DNA of 64,000 nucleotides from Octopus sinensis (GCF_006345805.1 NC_043003.1:40610001-40674000); one strand, 5' to 3'; positions 1-13,871 are shown, numbered from the stretch's first letter. The notes: generated by a model not told the origin, from the letters alone. Numbers and translations are program-made.

Positions 1-51
1 TACCTCTCTTGCATTAAATCTCTGTCTGTCTATTTCTCTGTTTGTCTTTCT

Positions 52-185
<134 letters not shown>

Positions 186-896
186 GTGTCTGTCTTCATT
201 CATTCATTCTTCCATCCATCCACAGAAAATTATGTACGTATGCAATTTTTCACTTATATTTGTATATATGCCTGTACATGAATACGCATGTGACTGTATG
301 TATGTATGTATGTATGTATATATTTATATGCGTGTACGTATGTATGTTTGCATACATTTTCACAAACACACCTAAATATGTGTGTGTGTGTGCGTGTGTG
401 TGACGATGTGTGTATGTATTTTATACCTAAGTATTTATGACCTTCTATATTTAGCTAAGTGATAATTTCTTTATCCAAACATCTATCTCAATACTTCCAA
501 CGATTTCCCTTTCCCCATTATTAAATTGCTACAGTTTTTAATCCCAAATTCCATTTCAATATCTTCCCTAAATCCATACAGACCATTGCATTATAGAATC
601 TATTTGATCTTCAATTTTACCAACAGCTTCCAGTTATCCATAAATAAATCGGGATCTACTCTACAAGCACGCACGCACACACACATCTCCCCCCCCCCCC
701 CCCACACACACATCTCCCCCCACACACACACACACGTACTCACACACACACAGTGCATGTGTTTATGCAAGTATGTTGTATGTATTTATGCATAGATACA
801 TAGATATATATTACATTATATATATATATGTGCGTGTGTGTTTATATATACATATGATATTCATATATGTATGTAGGTATATATGTATATATGTAT

Positions 897-957
<61 letters not shown>

Positions 958-1129
958 CATACTTATTATATCTATGTATAAACGTTTATATATATTTTGT
1001 ATACATCCATTTATGCGCCTGTATATGTGTGACTGTGTGCCTGTGTTACCAGTCTTGTTAATACTAAATTATTATGCTTCTAACAAAAACACGGGGAACA
1101 ATCTATCGCTATGATATATTCATCTAGAG

Positions 1130-1545
1130 ATCTTAAAGTTTCTCAAATCTTCTCGAGTACAAAACTTCATTTCGGTTTCCATTTACCCATAATCTTTATA
1201 ATTAACTTTCTTGTGTTCCCTGCTACTTCTGTATTTATGACGTATGGTACCGCTCTTATACATCTCAAGTTCAAGCAGCATCGAGGTGTTTTTTTCTGTT
1301 TCATCTATATGCATGGTGGCTGGTGGAGTGGGTTTAATCAACGGTTCTACCCTTTCTTGTTTCCGAAATTATGGATAATCTGAAGAATCGCTTCTCTATC
1401 GTTTTGTAGAACGATCATTGCTTTTCCTGTGTGGGTTGATTGTTCAGGGATAAATCTTCAGGGTACGATACATTTCTTGATAATTTTCCAGATGAAGCCT
1501 GGTTAATTTGAGAACACAGACTTATTGCACTGAAACATCACCCTC
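1130..1545 (-). mobile_element. Possible heavily decayed PLE thumb/linker remnant
   Basis: Minus-strand pieces 'AISLCSQ' and 'LSRNVSYPEDL' resemble the RA..CS and L..NGYP..L motifs of PLEs; many stops and frameshifts. Confidence 0.3.
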
Positions 1546-1821
1546 AAGCGATGATTAGCAGCAGCAGCACCACCACCAACACCACAAACACCACCACCAC
1601 CACCACCACCACCACCATCACCACGATAAGCTCCAGCACCACTACCACAACTTATACCACCTGTTCTTTGATCCCAAGCTGATACCTGTTCTTGTCCTTC
1701 AAGGCGAAGAACTCCTTCACTAAATTCCTCACCTCGACTTGGTTAATGAAACGTCGCGAGCTCGAGAAATGAACGACGATTCGGAACAATTAATAGTCCT
1801 CGTGAGATACTTTTCTGCAGT

Positions 1822-2127
1822 CCTAACGTGCGTAAGCAGTGGTTAAAAATGAGCCAGCTTCCAGAAACTGTCGCCAAACATTGACGTTTCGAACATAAGA
1901 CGATGCTCTGCGTCTGGTAGAGTTATGAAGGAATAATTTACTACGAGTTCGTTCCGAACGAAGGAACCATCGATGTCAACCTGTACTCCGGACAGCTGCA
2001 GCTGATGTATGCCATTGTACAGCAAACATACCCAGCGTTGGTTGACAGAAAGCGAGATCTTAAGCAGCAAAATAACGCAAGATTCATACCACTCGAACAA
2101 ACGGGAACCAAGAATTTGAGCGTATAA
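1822..2127 (+). mobile_element. Mariner (Tc1/mariner) transposase remnant
   Basis: One frame reads PNVRKQWLK...KTMLCVW*SYEGIIYYEFVPNEGTIDVNLYSGQL...YPALVDRKRDLKQQNNAR, matching mariner MLCVWW..GIIY.E and LQ.DNAR motifs; two in-frame stops. Confidence 0.85.
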
Positions 2128-2202
2128 TCTGGACTTAGTTCAACACAACAGAAACGAAACTGTAAAATCTACACATATTTTTAAAATATGTATTTGTATA
2201 TT

Positions 2203-2353
2203 TGTTGTATGGACGTCCCTAGACGATGAAGTAGGCTAGCCAAATACGTAGATATAGTGGGAGAAGCCTAGACGTCAGAGTTCAGACTAGAATAGAGTAG
2301 CAGTCAGAGTGGAGAGAAGTTGAGTAGAAGGCATCCGAACGTGCGACATAACA
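2203..2353. mobile_element. Short solo-LTR-like insert
   Basis: Begins TGTTGTATG, ends CATAACA; flanked by ATATT on both sides (2198-2202, 2354-2358), consistent with a 5-bp TSD. Confidence 0.5.
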
Positions 2354-3282
2354 ATATTGATATTTCGAAAATATCCTCATTGCATGAAAGAATAGTTTTA
2401 ATTTAGAAATTAAATGTGAATTATCTTAAACGTAAATTAAGCTGCATCTTCTGTATAGCAGTTCGTGCAAATTATGCAAGCAAACGCATTACGATTTATG
2501 ATGATCAGGAAACAGTTTCTTTTTTGCTGAGAACGTATAAAAATATTGTCCAAGGTTCAATCGACAGCATGGCTATATATGTGTTCAATATATCATGTAT
2601 TAAATACTGAAAATGATGTTAAAGATATAATTTATGAACACGAAGTAATGTAGCTTGCAATTTATTTCAGAAATATATATGAAGTACGTTATCCATTTTT
2701 GAGCTTGGGGCAATTATTTCATTGCTTAGCTTTTACAAGGGTCCCAAGTTGGTTGCAGGAACGAAGCTATCCTGAAACTGGAGAATTAACCAGAATGCTA
2801 GACTCCATTAAGATATCAGGTTGTGTGATATTAGACTGGACAATGGAGATAAGTGACCATCCGAATACATCACGACACGATTTGAGCTTGAAACGCTGAA
2901 ACATATACCGCAAGGAACTCGTGGACGCTTATTGCTTCTGCTCATTTCTCTTTAGGAAAGATACTTTATTTAACAGATACTTTATTTAACGGAGGGATTT
3001 GAAATACGAATCCCTTCCCCACACCAACAAAAAAATCATATATCGCTAAGTGCTTCGTCGGATGTTCTAGCAACTTTGCCAATCCACAAAATCATGTTTA
3101 TAAAAATATTCCAAAGATTGGAGAAATGATGGTCCTTGCGCTCATCCTGTTTTAATTATTCTTGGAGAGGCTATGTGGTAAGTAGCTTGCTTACTTCCGC
3201 ACATGCGCTTTGGTGTTTCGCTTCAACACTTGAACAAGGAGGACATGAGCTAGTGTGCTCCGTCCTAAAACTGAAAATTAAG

Positions 3283-5010
3283 AAGTCAGTCCGAGGTAGG
3301 TGATTGTGTTTGTTTTGAGGTGGGCGTGATTTGGAATTTTTTTCAATAAATTTCGCCCAGCTCAGGGACAATTTCGCCTGCTCTCAGCGGCTATTGTGAT
3401 TTTTGCTTGTTGAAAAAATGTTAGGGGCGTATCCCAGCCCCAAAATTGAAGTTTGTTCCAGACATTGAAAATGTTTGTGGGCTATTGTGGCGAAGATTCG
3501 TCTTCTGTGGATTTAAAATTCCAGCTCGGAGTACCAGCCAAAGAAGAGAGCCAGGAGTACCTGTGGCCGGAATTGTTTAGTTGCCATTTGGAACCATATT
3601 TTTATTTCTTCCGTGTTTTTCCTTCTGTTTTATGAAATGTCCTCTTTGTTTTCTTTTGTCTTATTTGTTTTCTATTTATTTTCGTTCGGAATTTTTTTTC
3701 TTTCTTTCTTTGTGAACATTTGAACTTTCTTCCACATGGCGATAAAGAATGGTGCCGCTGCTTTGGAGTGGGAGATTGTCCCACACAAGCAGTGTTTAAA
3801 AGATATGGAGGAGAGGACGGTGGTGGTTAGAACTTATTCTAAAGTTCTTGATTCCATCGCCGTCTTCCCAAAGCCAGTTATAGAAAATGAACTGAAAGAC
3901 TATTTGTCCTCTGTGAAATACATATCCCATGGTGTCAAACATGCAACCGTATGGTTGCTGTTTGACAGCTGGGAAAAGGCTCGCACATTTGCGAGTCAGC
4001 TTTTAGAGGGCAACGAATCAATAATGGGTATGTGGGTTGCTCCCAGGCACCGAAGCGGGTTGGATTGAAGATACCATCCGACGAGGACTGGGGGATAGCG
4101 GGCCCAGGTTCTTAAATGAAAGAGTATTTCTGGCGGTCGATTGGGAAGGGTCGATTTTGACCCTGTGGATCACATCGGCCGCAACAGATTTGGTTTTTCC
4201 AAATTTTTTTTAAATGGCTGCCTGCAAGTATCCGGTGATACTTGAGGGACGTCCCCCCAAGTGTCACTCGTGCCTGTAGCCAGGCCGCATTAAAAAGAAC
4301 TGCCCCAGCACCATGGTAAGGTCCTGGAACAGTCACTGGAAGCCACCTCCCCTACTCGGTCAAAGGGAGAGGTGGATGTGGTGAAGCCTCCTCAACCCAA
4401 CAAGGATTAAAAAGGAAGAAGGCGGGCAACAAGAGTTGCCTGCCGAAGGACCCTAAGGCTTCGGGAGGTGGGGGAGAGACTCCGGACAAAACGGAAGAGC
4501 CCCACTCTCCCGAAGTCAGGAAGAAAAGAAAGAAAAGAAAGTAGAAGAACGGGTCATCGCAGGGGTGAGATGATGTGCCGTCTGCATGTCCCGAAGTTGT
4601 GCCACCCACGGTGGAAGAAACGACCCCCACCCCTAAAGAAGATGAATTAATTATCTTTTTCTACAATAGTAGAAGAACATAAAGAGACAGTAAATATGCA
4701 CTTCACAGGGGATCCCGAAAGGCCTCCGCAGATAGCTGTGGAGGTCATAATGTTTATTTTGTGGGAAAGGCTTAAACGATTTGAGGAGTGTCGCATATGG
4801 CCGGATGGCTCTTACACTGGAATGACTTACATGTCCTACATGAGTGAGGCATGGGAAATGGCGGGATACAGAAACTCAAGCGGCATTGAAGATAATGATG
4901 AATATATCGATGAGCAGGAGGTGAAAAGCCTCGTTAGAGGGTTTGAAACCTCATCTTGTATTATTTGTAGTGGTTTATAACCTCAATTGTGTTTTTTTAA
5001 AATAAAAACA
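3283..5010 (+). mobile_element. L1/Tx1-like element carrying only a decayed ORF1
   Basis: GC-richer block with frameshifted ORF1-like coding sequence, AATAAA near 5001, and no endonuclease/RT downstream. Boundaries are approximate. Confidence 0.65.
3736..4980 (+). pseudogene. Frameshifted retroelement ORF1 (RRM-like region, CCHC knuckle, low-complexity linker, C-terminal domain)
   Basis: ORF 3736-4068; a shifted frame reads WIEDTIRRGLG...YPVILEGRPPKCHSCL*PGRIKKNCP (knuckle 4262-4303, H replaced by R); a Lys/Pro-rich linker follows, then ORF 4696-4980. Confidence 0.7.
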
Positions 5011-5232
5011 TGTTAAGTAAGAGATTTTAGTGCCTTCTTTTTGTAAGAAGTTTGAAACCTCATATTGATTTTTAAAAAAAGAAAATATGTTTTCGAGAAA
5101 AATACAATCGGCGGGTGTTGAGTTTCGTCTCTCATTTATTCATTTTATTTCATTTTCAATCAATTATATGTTTGTCTAACCCGCAAAGCTACACACTCTT
5201 TGTACTGTCTATTTGACAAATTTTATGAACTA

Positions 5233-5531
5233 AAGTAGCTTGCTTACCAACCACATAGTTCCAGGTTCAGTCCCACTGCGTGACACCTTCTACTATAGCC
5301 TCGGGCCGACCAAAGCTATGTGAGTGGATTTGGCAGACGGAAACTGAAAAAAGCCTGTCGTATATATATATATATTGTGTGTGTATGTTTGTGCGTCTGT
5401 GTTTGTCCCTCCAACATCGCTTGACAACCGATGCTGGTGTGTTTACGTCCCCGTAATTAGCGGTTCGGCAAAAGGTACCGATAGAATAAGTACTAGGCTT
5501 GCAAAGAATAAGTCCTGGGGTCGATTTGCTC
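5233..5531 (+). mobile_element. SINE family A (octopus tRNA-derived), truncated
   Basis: Aligns by eye to the full copy at 30411-30836. Confidence 0.9.
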
Positions 5532-6179
5532 AGTCGCATCAGTCACATCAGTCGTGCCAATGGCATTTACTATTTGTTGATAATTGAAAACGCCGTTATA
5601 TGTACATACACACGCACATGCACACGTAAAAAATTTCAATCAGCTGCGCGGGTGCACAGACCTGCACACGTATATATACACCTACACGTGCAAAATCGTA
5701 AACGCTGACACACACACACAGATAAGCATCTACAAACGCAGAAGCTCACTCATCGAGAGAAAGAGAGAAGGGAGGAGAGAGAAAAAGAAAGAGAGCGAAA
5801 ATGCGAGATAGAAAGAAAGAAAGAGGGTGAGAAAGAAAAAAGAGAGAGAGAGAGAGAGAAATAGAAAGAAAGAGAAATGGAGACGAAAGAACAAAGAAAA
5901 CATCATCAAGAAAATATGATTGAGATTTTGGTCCGCCGTCCTAAAGAAATGTCTCCGGGCCGGCGTTTCACATCAAAGCGATCCTGGTGGTCTGTGATTG
6001 ACATGTACTAGAAGTGATAATAGGTGTAAAGTTACTTGTTTGTAAACTTTCAGCCGTGTGTGATAGGAATGGTGTTTTGAAAGATTTCTGTCTGGGTTTG
6101 AAAAAGGATACTAAGTACACTTTACTGAGAAAGGGAGTGATGTTTGTACATGAATAGAACTTAATGCGCTGTTGATCTG

Positions 6180-6252
<73 letters not shown>

Positions 6253-6261
6253 ATCTATCTA

Positions 6262-6313
<52 letters not shown>

Positions 6314-6317
6314 TTAT

Positions 6318-6383
<66 letters not shown>

Positions 6384-6551
6384 CATCCATCCATCTATCT
6401 GCGCAAATACACACCCCACACAGAGTATATAAGTTAGATATATGTGTATGTGTATGTGCATGTGTACACGCACATACACATATATATGTGTATGTATGTA
6501 TGTATGTATGTATGTATGTATGTATGTAGTATGTATGTATGCATGTATGTA

Positions 6552-6912
6552 TTTGTTTCAGTCATATGACTGTGGCCATGCTGGAGCACCGTCTTTAGTC
6601 GAGCAAATTGACTCCAGGACTTATTCTTTGTAAGCCTACTACTTATTCTATCGGTGTCTTTTGCCGAACTGTTAAGTTACGGGGACGTAAACACACCAGC
6701 ATTGATTGTCAAGCGATGTTGGGGGACAAACACAGACACACAAACATATGCACACACATGACGGGCTTCTTTCAGTTTTCGTCTACGAAGCCCACTCACA
6801 AGGCCCGTGGCAATAGTAGCAGACACTTGCCCAAATTGCCGCACAGTGGGGCTGAACCCGGAACCATGTGATTGGTAAGCAAGCTACATACTACACAGCC
6901 ACTCCTGCGCCT
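6552..6912 (-). mobile_element. SINE family A
   Basis: Reverse complement of the family A head (GGCGCAGGAGTGGCTGTG) through its 3' tail. Confidence 0.9.
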
Positions 6913-7419
6913 ATGTATGTATGTATGTATGTATGTATGTATGTATGTATGTATGTATAAGAAAGCCTGATACTGTTTGCAAGAAGAATATAAACACATT
7001 CCTTCTACGCTACAATCGCGCGGAAAGAATTAGCTGTGAGTCTCCTGACAGACTGTTTCAGGTTTCACTAACCGCTGATCAGAGAAAATATTTTCGGCTT
7101 CCAGCGTGAATAACATAAGTCAGTTGCTTAATAAAGCAGTCATAACATAGGCTAGCTCTTGTATATTTGTGCTTCTGCTGGGTCATGTGCCTAAAATAGA
7201 TAATATTTAATAAAGTACGGACCATCAAAAATAAAAATATAGAATTTAGGCTCTTCTAATGTACTAATTCAGACTGCAATATATAGTAGCTGTCCTATGC
7301 CATCGATCGGGGAATAAAACTTCGTACGGCTACCGGAAAGCACTCAAAAAACGTGAAATGGTCTGCTGGAAGCTTCCTCCATTTTTTTAACGGCACATAA
7401 TAACCCTTTATAATATAAA

Positions 7420-7600
7420 CATAAGAGCTGAAAGTTTTGGGTAGGGGCTAGTTGATTATATAGAGCCTAACGCGCAACTGGTACTTACTTTATTGACACC
7501 GAAATGATGACATGCAAAGTCGATTTCTGCAGAAATTCAACCCAGAGCCTAAAGAACAGACAAAATGCTGTTAAGCATCTAGCTAACGCTTCAACCAGCA
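7420..7600 (-). mobile_element. SINE family B, diverged; (AAT)n follows at 7614-7670
   Basis: caactggtactt...caaagtcga motif shared with the copy at 39188-39409. Confidence 0.7.
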
Positions 7601-7613
7601 CATCATCTGCTAG

Positions 7614-7670
<57 letters not shown>

Positions 7671-7814
7671 GCACTCAGAGAACTCAAACCTCTGCCAAAA
7701 CAACACCAACGTCCTCTCAACGATTATTCAGAGATGATTTTAAAAATGAGAAAATCTGAAATAAACTTGGCTGCTCTCACAAAGGAGAATACTAAAAATG
7801 AACTCCATCGCTGT

Positions 7815-8009
7815 CAAAAATTAAGTAAAAAAAAATACAGGAAAAATAACCCAGAATCCTTGTCCAGTACTGGATCGATCCCCAAATCTAATCAGTTCGG
7901 GCCAGTTACGAGGTCAAACATCCCTGAGAGTTTCATCCGTATCCATCCAGCTCTTCTTGATGGACAAACACATACGACTGAAACAATACCCCCGCCATCG
8001 CTAAGGCGG

Positions 8010-8011
<2 letters not shown>
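7815..8011 (+). mobile_element. Non-autonomous element ending in a GC hairpin (Helitron/Helentron-like)
   Basis: Terminal hairpin CCCCGCC-atcgctaa-GGCGGGG at 7990-8011; class assignment is inference. Confidence 0.4.
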
Positions 8012-8046
<35 letters not shown>

Positions 8047-8077
8047 AATGATGATGATGATGATAATAATAATAATA

Positions 8078-8412
8078 ATGGTTTCAAATTTTGCTATAAG
8101 GCCAGCAGTTTAGGGAGTTACGGTTAAGTCGACTGCATTGACCAGAGTGCTTATTTTATCGATCCAGAAAGGAGGAAAGGCAAAGTGAGCCTCGGCGGAA
8201 ATTGAATTCAGAAGGTAAAGACGGACTAAACGCTGCTAAGTATTTGTCCGGTGGGCTAACGATTCTGCCCATTTTGGCAAAAGCCCGCACTTTTGAGGTG
8301 GGTGGGGTGTAAGTCAATTACATCGATGCCAATAATTGGTTGTTACTTATTTTATGAACTTCAAAAAGATGAAAGAAAAACCTAAACTCGACGGAACTTG
8401 AACTCAGAACAT
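8078..8412 (-). mobile_element. Two tandem SINE family B copies
   Basis: Repeated family B motifs (ttgaactcagaac, ttcgac/gtcgac) at 8078-8270 and 8271-8412. Confidence 0.8.
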
Positions 8413-8594
8413 AATGAGTTTGAAAAATACGACATTGGACCTTTTTATTCATCTCCATAATAATTTTTTTTGTTCGCCTCTTCAGTTAGTCCGGGAAAAA
8501 AACGTGCTTACATTCTCAGTATACACACATGGAGGCTTTCTATTGCATAAAATATATTTCAATTATGATAAAAGCTTTGTCTTGTATACACGCA

Positions 8595-8635
<41 letters not shown>

Positions 8636-10259
8636 GTACAGAAAGCTACAAACAGATAAATAAATATATATAGACGTATGAATGTGTGTATGTGTGTATA
8701 CATGTATGTGTGTATGTATACATATGTTCATAAGCACATGTTTGTCTCATGTCGTTTGGCGTTACATTAGTTTTTGCAGTAATCAATTAGACTGTTATAA
8801 GGAAAATTTTTCTTTATAATAGAAGTACTCCTTAGAGAAAAAGCTACTAATTACTAACCCAGGAGGAAAAAAAATGAAATTCTGGTTGATTTGAAAACAA
8901 AACAAATATTAGCCAGACTTACTGGCATAATTTGATAATAAAATTTTCCACCTGGATGAGTTCGCTGGTGAAAGCTAACGTCACTCTAGTTTTTCTCTAC
9001 AGAAAAGTATGCCCTCATATCACCACGACGGTATATGAACAAGTTACTCTTTAGGGATATGGGCGACTGTGCTTAATTTTGCGACGTAGTTTCAATTTGA
9101 TTAAAAATGTTGAATATCGTGAAGTCCATGCCTGGTTATAGATTGTAGATTATAGTCGGTTTGGTATTCGAATTTCACAAGCAAAAAGAAATACTTGCAT
9201 GCTTGAAGTGCATGTCTTTTAGCATGTAAGTGCGACATTCCTACAACTTATGCCAACACGAGAAAATTTGAGGATTTATGTTTTCAGTCGAACACATATA
9301 AACTAGTATATTCCTTTATACTTGCGACATAGCTCCATTTCGTACAAACGTTGCTACTTCCTATACTTTTCAAAATCTATATACAGTTCAAATGGAATTT
9401 TATACTGTACTTGATTCGGGATCTAAATGAAATATTGGTATGTGTGAATCTTATCTTAGAGATGTTTTCCAGCAGATTGCTACAGGTTTCTACTCTAGGA
9501 TAATCAGAGATTTAACTACTACATATATATCGACAACTATTTGCTATTCAATATACAGCCAGCTGAAATTAGTAGACTCCTTGTAAGAATTCGAGAATTG
9601 TGATTCTGCAGGATTTCAAAGCTCTTGTTGGACATCTTGAAATATACATTGGAAGTAGGATAATATGTATTGATTATTACAGGGAGGGTTCTACTGATTT
9701 TTGTGGATACATTTATGAGTTGAAGAGGAATAAGCCAGATAACTGTTGAGAGTTGTTCTATGTAACTTCTGTAGTAGATACAAAAGAGGGCAAATTTACT
9801 TGCAATTCATCATGTTGCTAGATGACATTCGGTTTAGCTCTACTGCAGTGTAGAATACCTGCATTATGTATTTTTCTATTCCTCAATAGTTTACATATAT
9901 GCTTGTCACTATTGACTGTAAAATGCCAACAACCAAATGAAGATAACTATCATCTATCCGTTGAATTGAGCATTTCCCTTGCTCGTTATACTGAGTGAGA
10001 GTATATACCTTCCTATGTATCATTCTATGTATAAATTCTTAAGTACACCATTTCGTCAATCGCAGCAGCTTCCAAGCTTCACCACCAATTCAATTCTCGA
10101 CTAAATTAAAAACAACAGTTTTAAAGAGGATACCTCCTGCTACACTTTGGCATAAATAGTTTGAGATTTGTTTCAGTAATAAAAAAGTTACATCAAAATA
10201 TCTGAAACCTCAGCGGGGGTAGTAAGGCACCTATTCATCTTCAATTAACATATTTTTTT

Positions 10260-10458
10260 CAGTTCTATATTTAAGAGATGAGGAATCATATACATTATTT
10301 ATATTTTTTTACAATTGACGGATATTTGTCCTCATCTTGTTTGTTGTTAACACAACGTTTCGGCTGATATACCCTCCAGCCTTCATCAGGTTTCTTGGGG
10401 AAATTTTGAACCTAGGTTCTCTTCCTAAGGTATTTTTCGATGTTTTTGTTATTATTAT
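10260..10458 (-). mobile_element. Head-less copy of the tRNA-head/HHR pLTR module
   Basis: Matches 18290-18480 and 46120-46272, including the terminus TCTTAAATATAGAACTG; HHR motif at 10349-10394. Confidence 0.9.
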
Positions 10459-11133
10459 GTTTTCCCTTCTTTCTCCAAATTTTCTTCCAATTCTCACCGA
10501 GTGTTTTCCCTACACCTAGGGCAGAGAAGCTTATTGTATGCATTCCCAGATTACACAAGCAAATTAACAGGTAAAAATATGTATTTAAAAAATAAATAAA
10601 TAAATTCATGAATGGATGTTTGTTTTCACAGCGACAATGCTCTTCGCAGTTCTTGAGTCGTTCCAGTTAACACAATTTTTTGCACTTCCTGTAGGAATGG
10701 TAAGTCTGGTATCATTTTCAAATAAGTTTCAGTACCTTTTTTATCATTCCTAGAGATCCTACAATCACTGGTACTATGGTCGCCTTGAGATGCCACATTT
10801 TTTTCAATTTCTATTAGCAGGCCTTTATATTTACTAATCTTGTCAAATTCTTTCGCCGCTATATTGTGATCGCAAGGAATACTCATATCAATTAATAAAC
10901 ACACCTTTTTTGTTTGATCTTTTATAATAATATCCGGTTTATTAGTTTTGTCGGTATGTACGGAGAAGTCCCAGAGAATCGACACATTTTCTCCCTCAGT
11001 CACAGCTTCAGGATGTTGTTTATACCATTTGTCAGCGGTTATAATGCCGACATATTGTCCAGTGTAAATACTGACCGACTCTGTCATGTCTTGCTTTATA
11101 TTCTACAGGTGCTAAGACTCTACACCCTGAGAT
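10459..11133 (-). mobile_element. R4/Dong-like non-LTR retrotransposon 3' end (restriction-like endonuclease)
   Basis: SGCRVLAPVEYKARHDRVGQYLHWTIC...ILWDFSVHTDK..KPDIIIKD..CLLIDMSIP..KISKY...PVIVGSLG...VQKIVLTGT..LRRALSL*, then a 3'UTR and an ATAATAATAA tail. Confidence 0.9.
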
Positions 11134-11175
11134 GAGGATAAATATCCGTCAATTGTAAATAATGTAAATAATATA
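11130..11175 (+). mobile_element. Tail fragment of the same pLTR module, opposite orientation
   Basis: gagatgaggataaatatccgtcaattgtaaataatgtaaata matches the module 3' part. Confidence 0.75.
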
Positions 11176-11404
11176 TATATATTTTTTAATTTTAAAATAA
11201 AAGTATACTTTTCTTAGGCTTAAATAATAGAAAAGTGCATGCGGAATTCAGAATCGCCAGTCACATTGAACAAAATTACTAGAAAAAAGTCATGATGTGA
11301 AATGTAATGAAATTTATTGTCAGTATATGAGGAAGTAAGAAGTAATGCCCCAATCTATAATGTTAAGATAAGACTATATTTCTAAAATGAATGCTTTAAT
11401 TCTG

Positions 11405-11512
11405 TCGCGACGATTTGGCAGAAACGTTAACGCGCGGGGCGAAATGCTTAGTGGTATTTCGTCTATCTTTTCGTTCTGAGTTCAAATTCTATCAAGGTCG
11501 ACTTTACCTTCC
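11405..11512 (+). mobile_element. SINE family B head
   Basis: tggcagaaacgtt (A box) and gagttcaaattc (B box). Confidence 0.8.
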
Positions 11513-12318
11513 GTGTATTTTGTTTTGTTTAATAAAGTTATTTTTAATATGCTGTTGAATTTAGTTAAGTTTAACTTTTATTATTAATTTTCTCTTTCTT
11601 ATTTAATTAACTTGCTTTCTGCTTTTTTTTTTTTTTGCTTTTCCTTTTTAGTTGCTTTCCTTTTCTTTTTAGTTAATTATTTAATTAGGCTAGTTCATTA
11701 TTGTGTTATATGCTTCAGACATGTGCATCTAAATTTATTGAAGCAGGAATATAGTCATTTTTGGTCAGACGCGAAGGCATGTAGTAAGGCTGTCCAGAAA
11801 AGACATTTGTTAAAAGTGCTTATATTCTAAATTTACTTTTTAAATTTCAAAATTAATTAAAAGGGATTTTTCATAAATCAAATTTATATTAATGGGATGT
11901 AGGTAATTTTAACTTGTGTATATCTGATATGCTTTTATAATTACTGTTTCATTGAATAATTATTGATAGATCTAGATTAACAGCAGTCAGTGCTATTATC
12001 CCCAACTCAAGATGTAGGTGACTTAAGGTGAGCCTGGTAACTGATGGTTTTGGTGTTTTATTGTTTGTAACTTTTGGTGAGCTATGGTGCAACCAATAAG
12101 ATGGTAAAATTCCCTGCCATAAATTTGGTGTGGATGTGTAATATTAAATAATTCAATCACAACATATATTTAAATTAAACATGAAAAAAATTGAAATATT
12201 ATCATCATTTATATGGAAAAATTGAAATATTATCTTTCAGTATATCATAAATTAAAATCTTAAATTATTGACACATTATTAATTATCTTATAACAACAAT
12301 GTCTGGAAAAATCATGGA

Positions 12319-12808
12319 TTACATGGTAAAATGCGAGCAAGAGAAATAATATTCTTAAGATTATAAACCTGGAAAAGTATAGGACAAGCTATTACTTCTA
12401 GTAAAGTAAAGAATATGAAACTTTTTACTTAAAATATTGCTGCTAAAATTAAAATTTGAATATTAAAAAATATTTTATTATAGTTTACAAATAACACTAT
12501 ACCTATTTAAGTAGAATTTGACTAATTTACTATCTTAAATACAGTAAAAATTGACTGATTTGACAAACTTACAAATTAGCTGAACAGTTTTATACAATAA
12601 ATTTAAAAGATGAGAACTGTAGAGAATCATTAATTAGAAGAACTGGCATTCTTTGCTGCAATATCTTAAGTAAAAAGTTTCTTATTCTTTACTTTACTAG
12701 AAGTAATAGCTTGTCCTATACTTTTCCAGGTGTAATAACTTGTCCTGTACTTTTCCAGGTTTATAATCTTAAGAATATTTCTTTTGATGCTCGCACTTTT
12801 CCATGTAA
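12319..12808. mobile_element. Fold-back/MITE-like element with long inverted arms
   Basis: 12319-12443 is the reverse complement of 12655-12808; the right arm carries an internal ~29-bp tandem duplication. Confidence 0.8.
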
Positions 12809-13104
12809 TATATAAGTGTGAATGTGTGTGTAATGTGTGTGTAATGTGGGCTTGCCGGATAGCGTAGAAATAGGGGGGGCATAGATGTGTAGTTGGGTGT
12901 ATATATATATGTAGAAATGAATGCGCGCATACGCACACACACATCACACATGCACACACACACACACATATATGCATAGAAATGCATATATTCACTCGTG
13001 TATTTTTGATACCTATGTTGATAGATTCATGGTTGTTTATAGGTGGATGCATGTATATACTTACATGTAACTTGTAATATTCTATCTATGTCTCTCTCTC
13101 GCTC

Positions 13105-13178
<74 letters not shown>

Positions 13179-13193
13179 AATCTGTATACGTGT

Positions 13194-13232
<39 letters not shown>

Positions 13233-13609
13233 CATATATACATATATATACACACATATATACATGGATATACAGGGTTGACCAAGAGTCACCTGCCAGT
13301 AAATCAAAACCATTTATTTCCAAGATTTACTTATGTTTAGCCAGAAAAAGAATTTAATAAAAGGATCTAAATATGAAACACCTTCTTGTAAACATCTATA
13401 ATTGGAATGAATAAATAAAATTGAATATTAAGTATTTATGGAATTTTCATTTACTGTCAGGTGACTAGCCAACGCTGTATATCTATGTTTAAGTAAGTAT
13501 TCGCATTTTTCAGAACGGTTCTTGCAATTATGTTCAAATAAATGTTACAAGTATATGTCTATACAGTATTCAAATTTTTATATCATTTTCCCCATTTATA
13601 TAAAAGCAT

Positions 13610-13714
<105 letters not shown>

Positions 13715-13746
13715 CATCCATCCATCCATCCATCCATCCATCCATC

Positions 13747-13856
<110 letters not shown>

Positions 13857-13871
13857 GTGTCTGTCTCTGTA

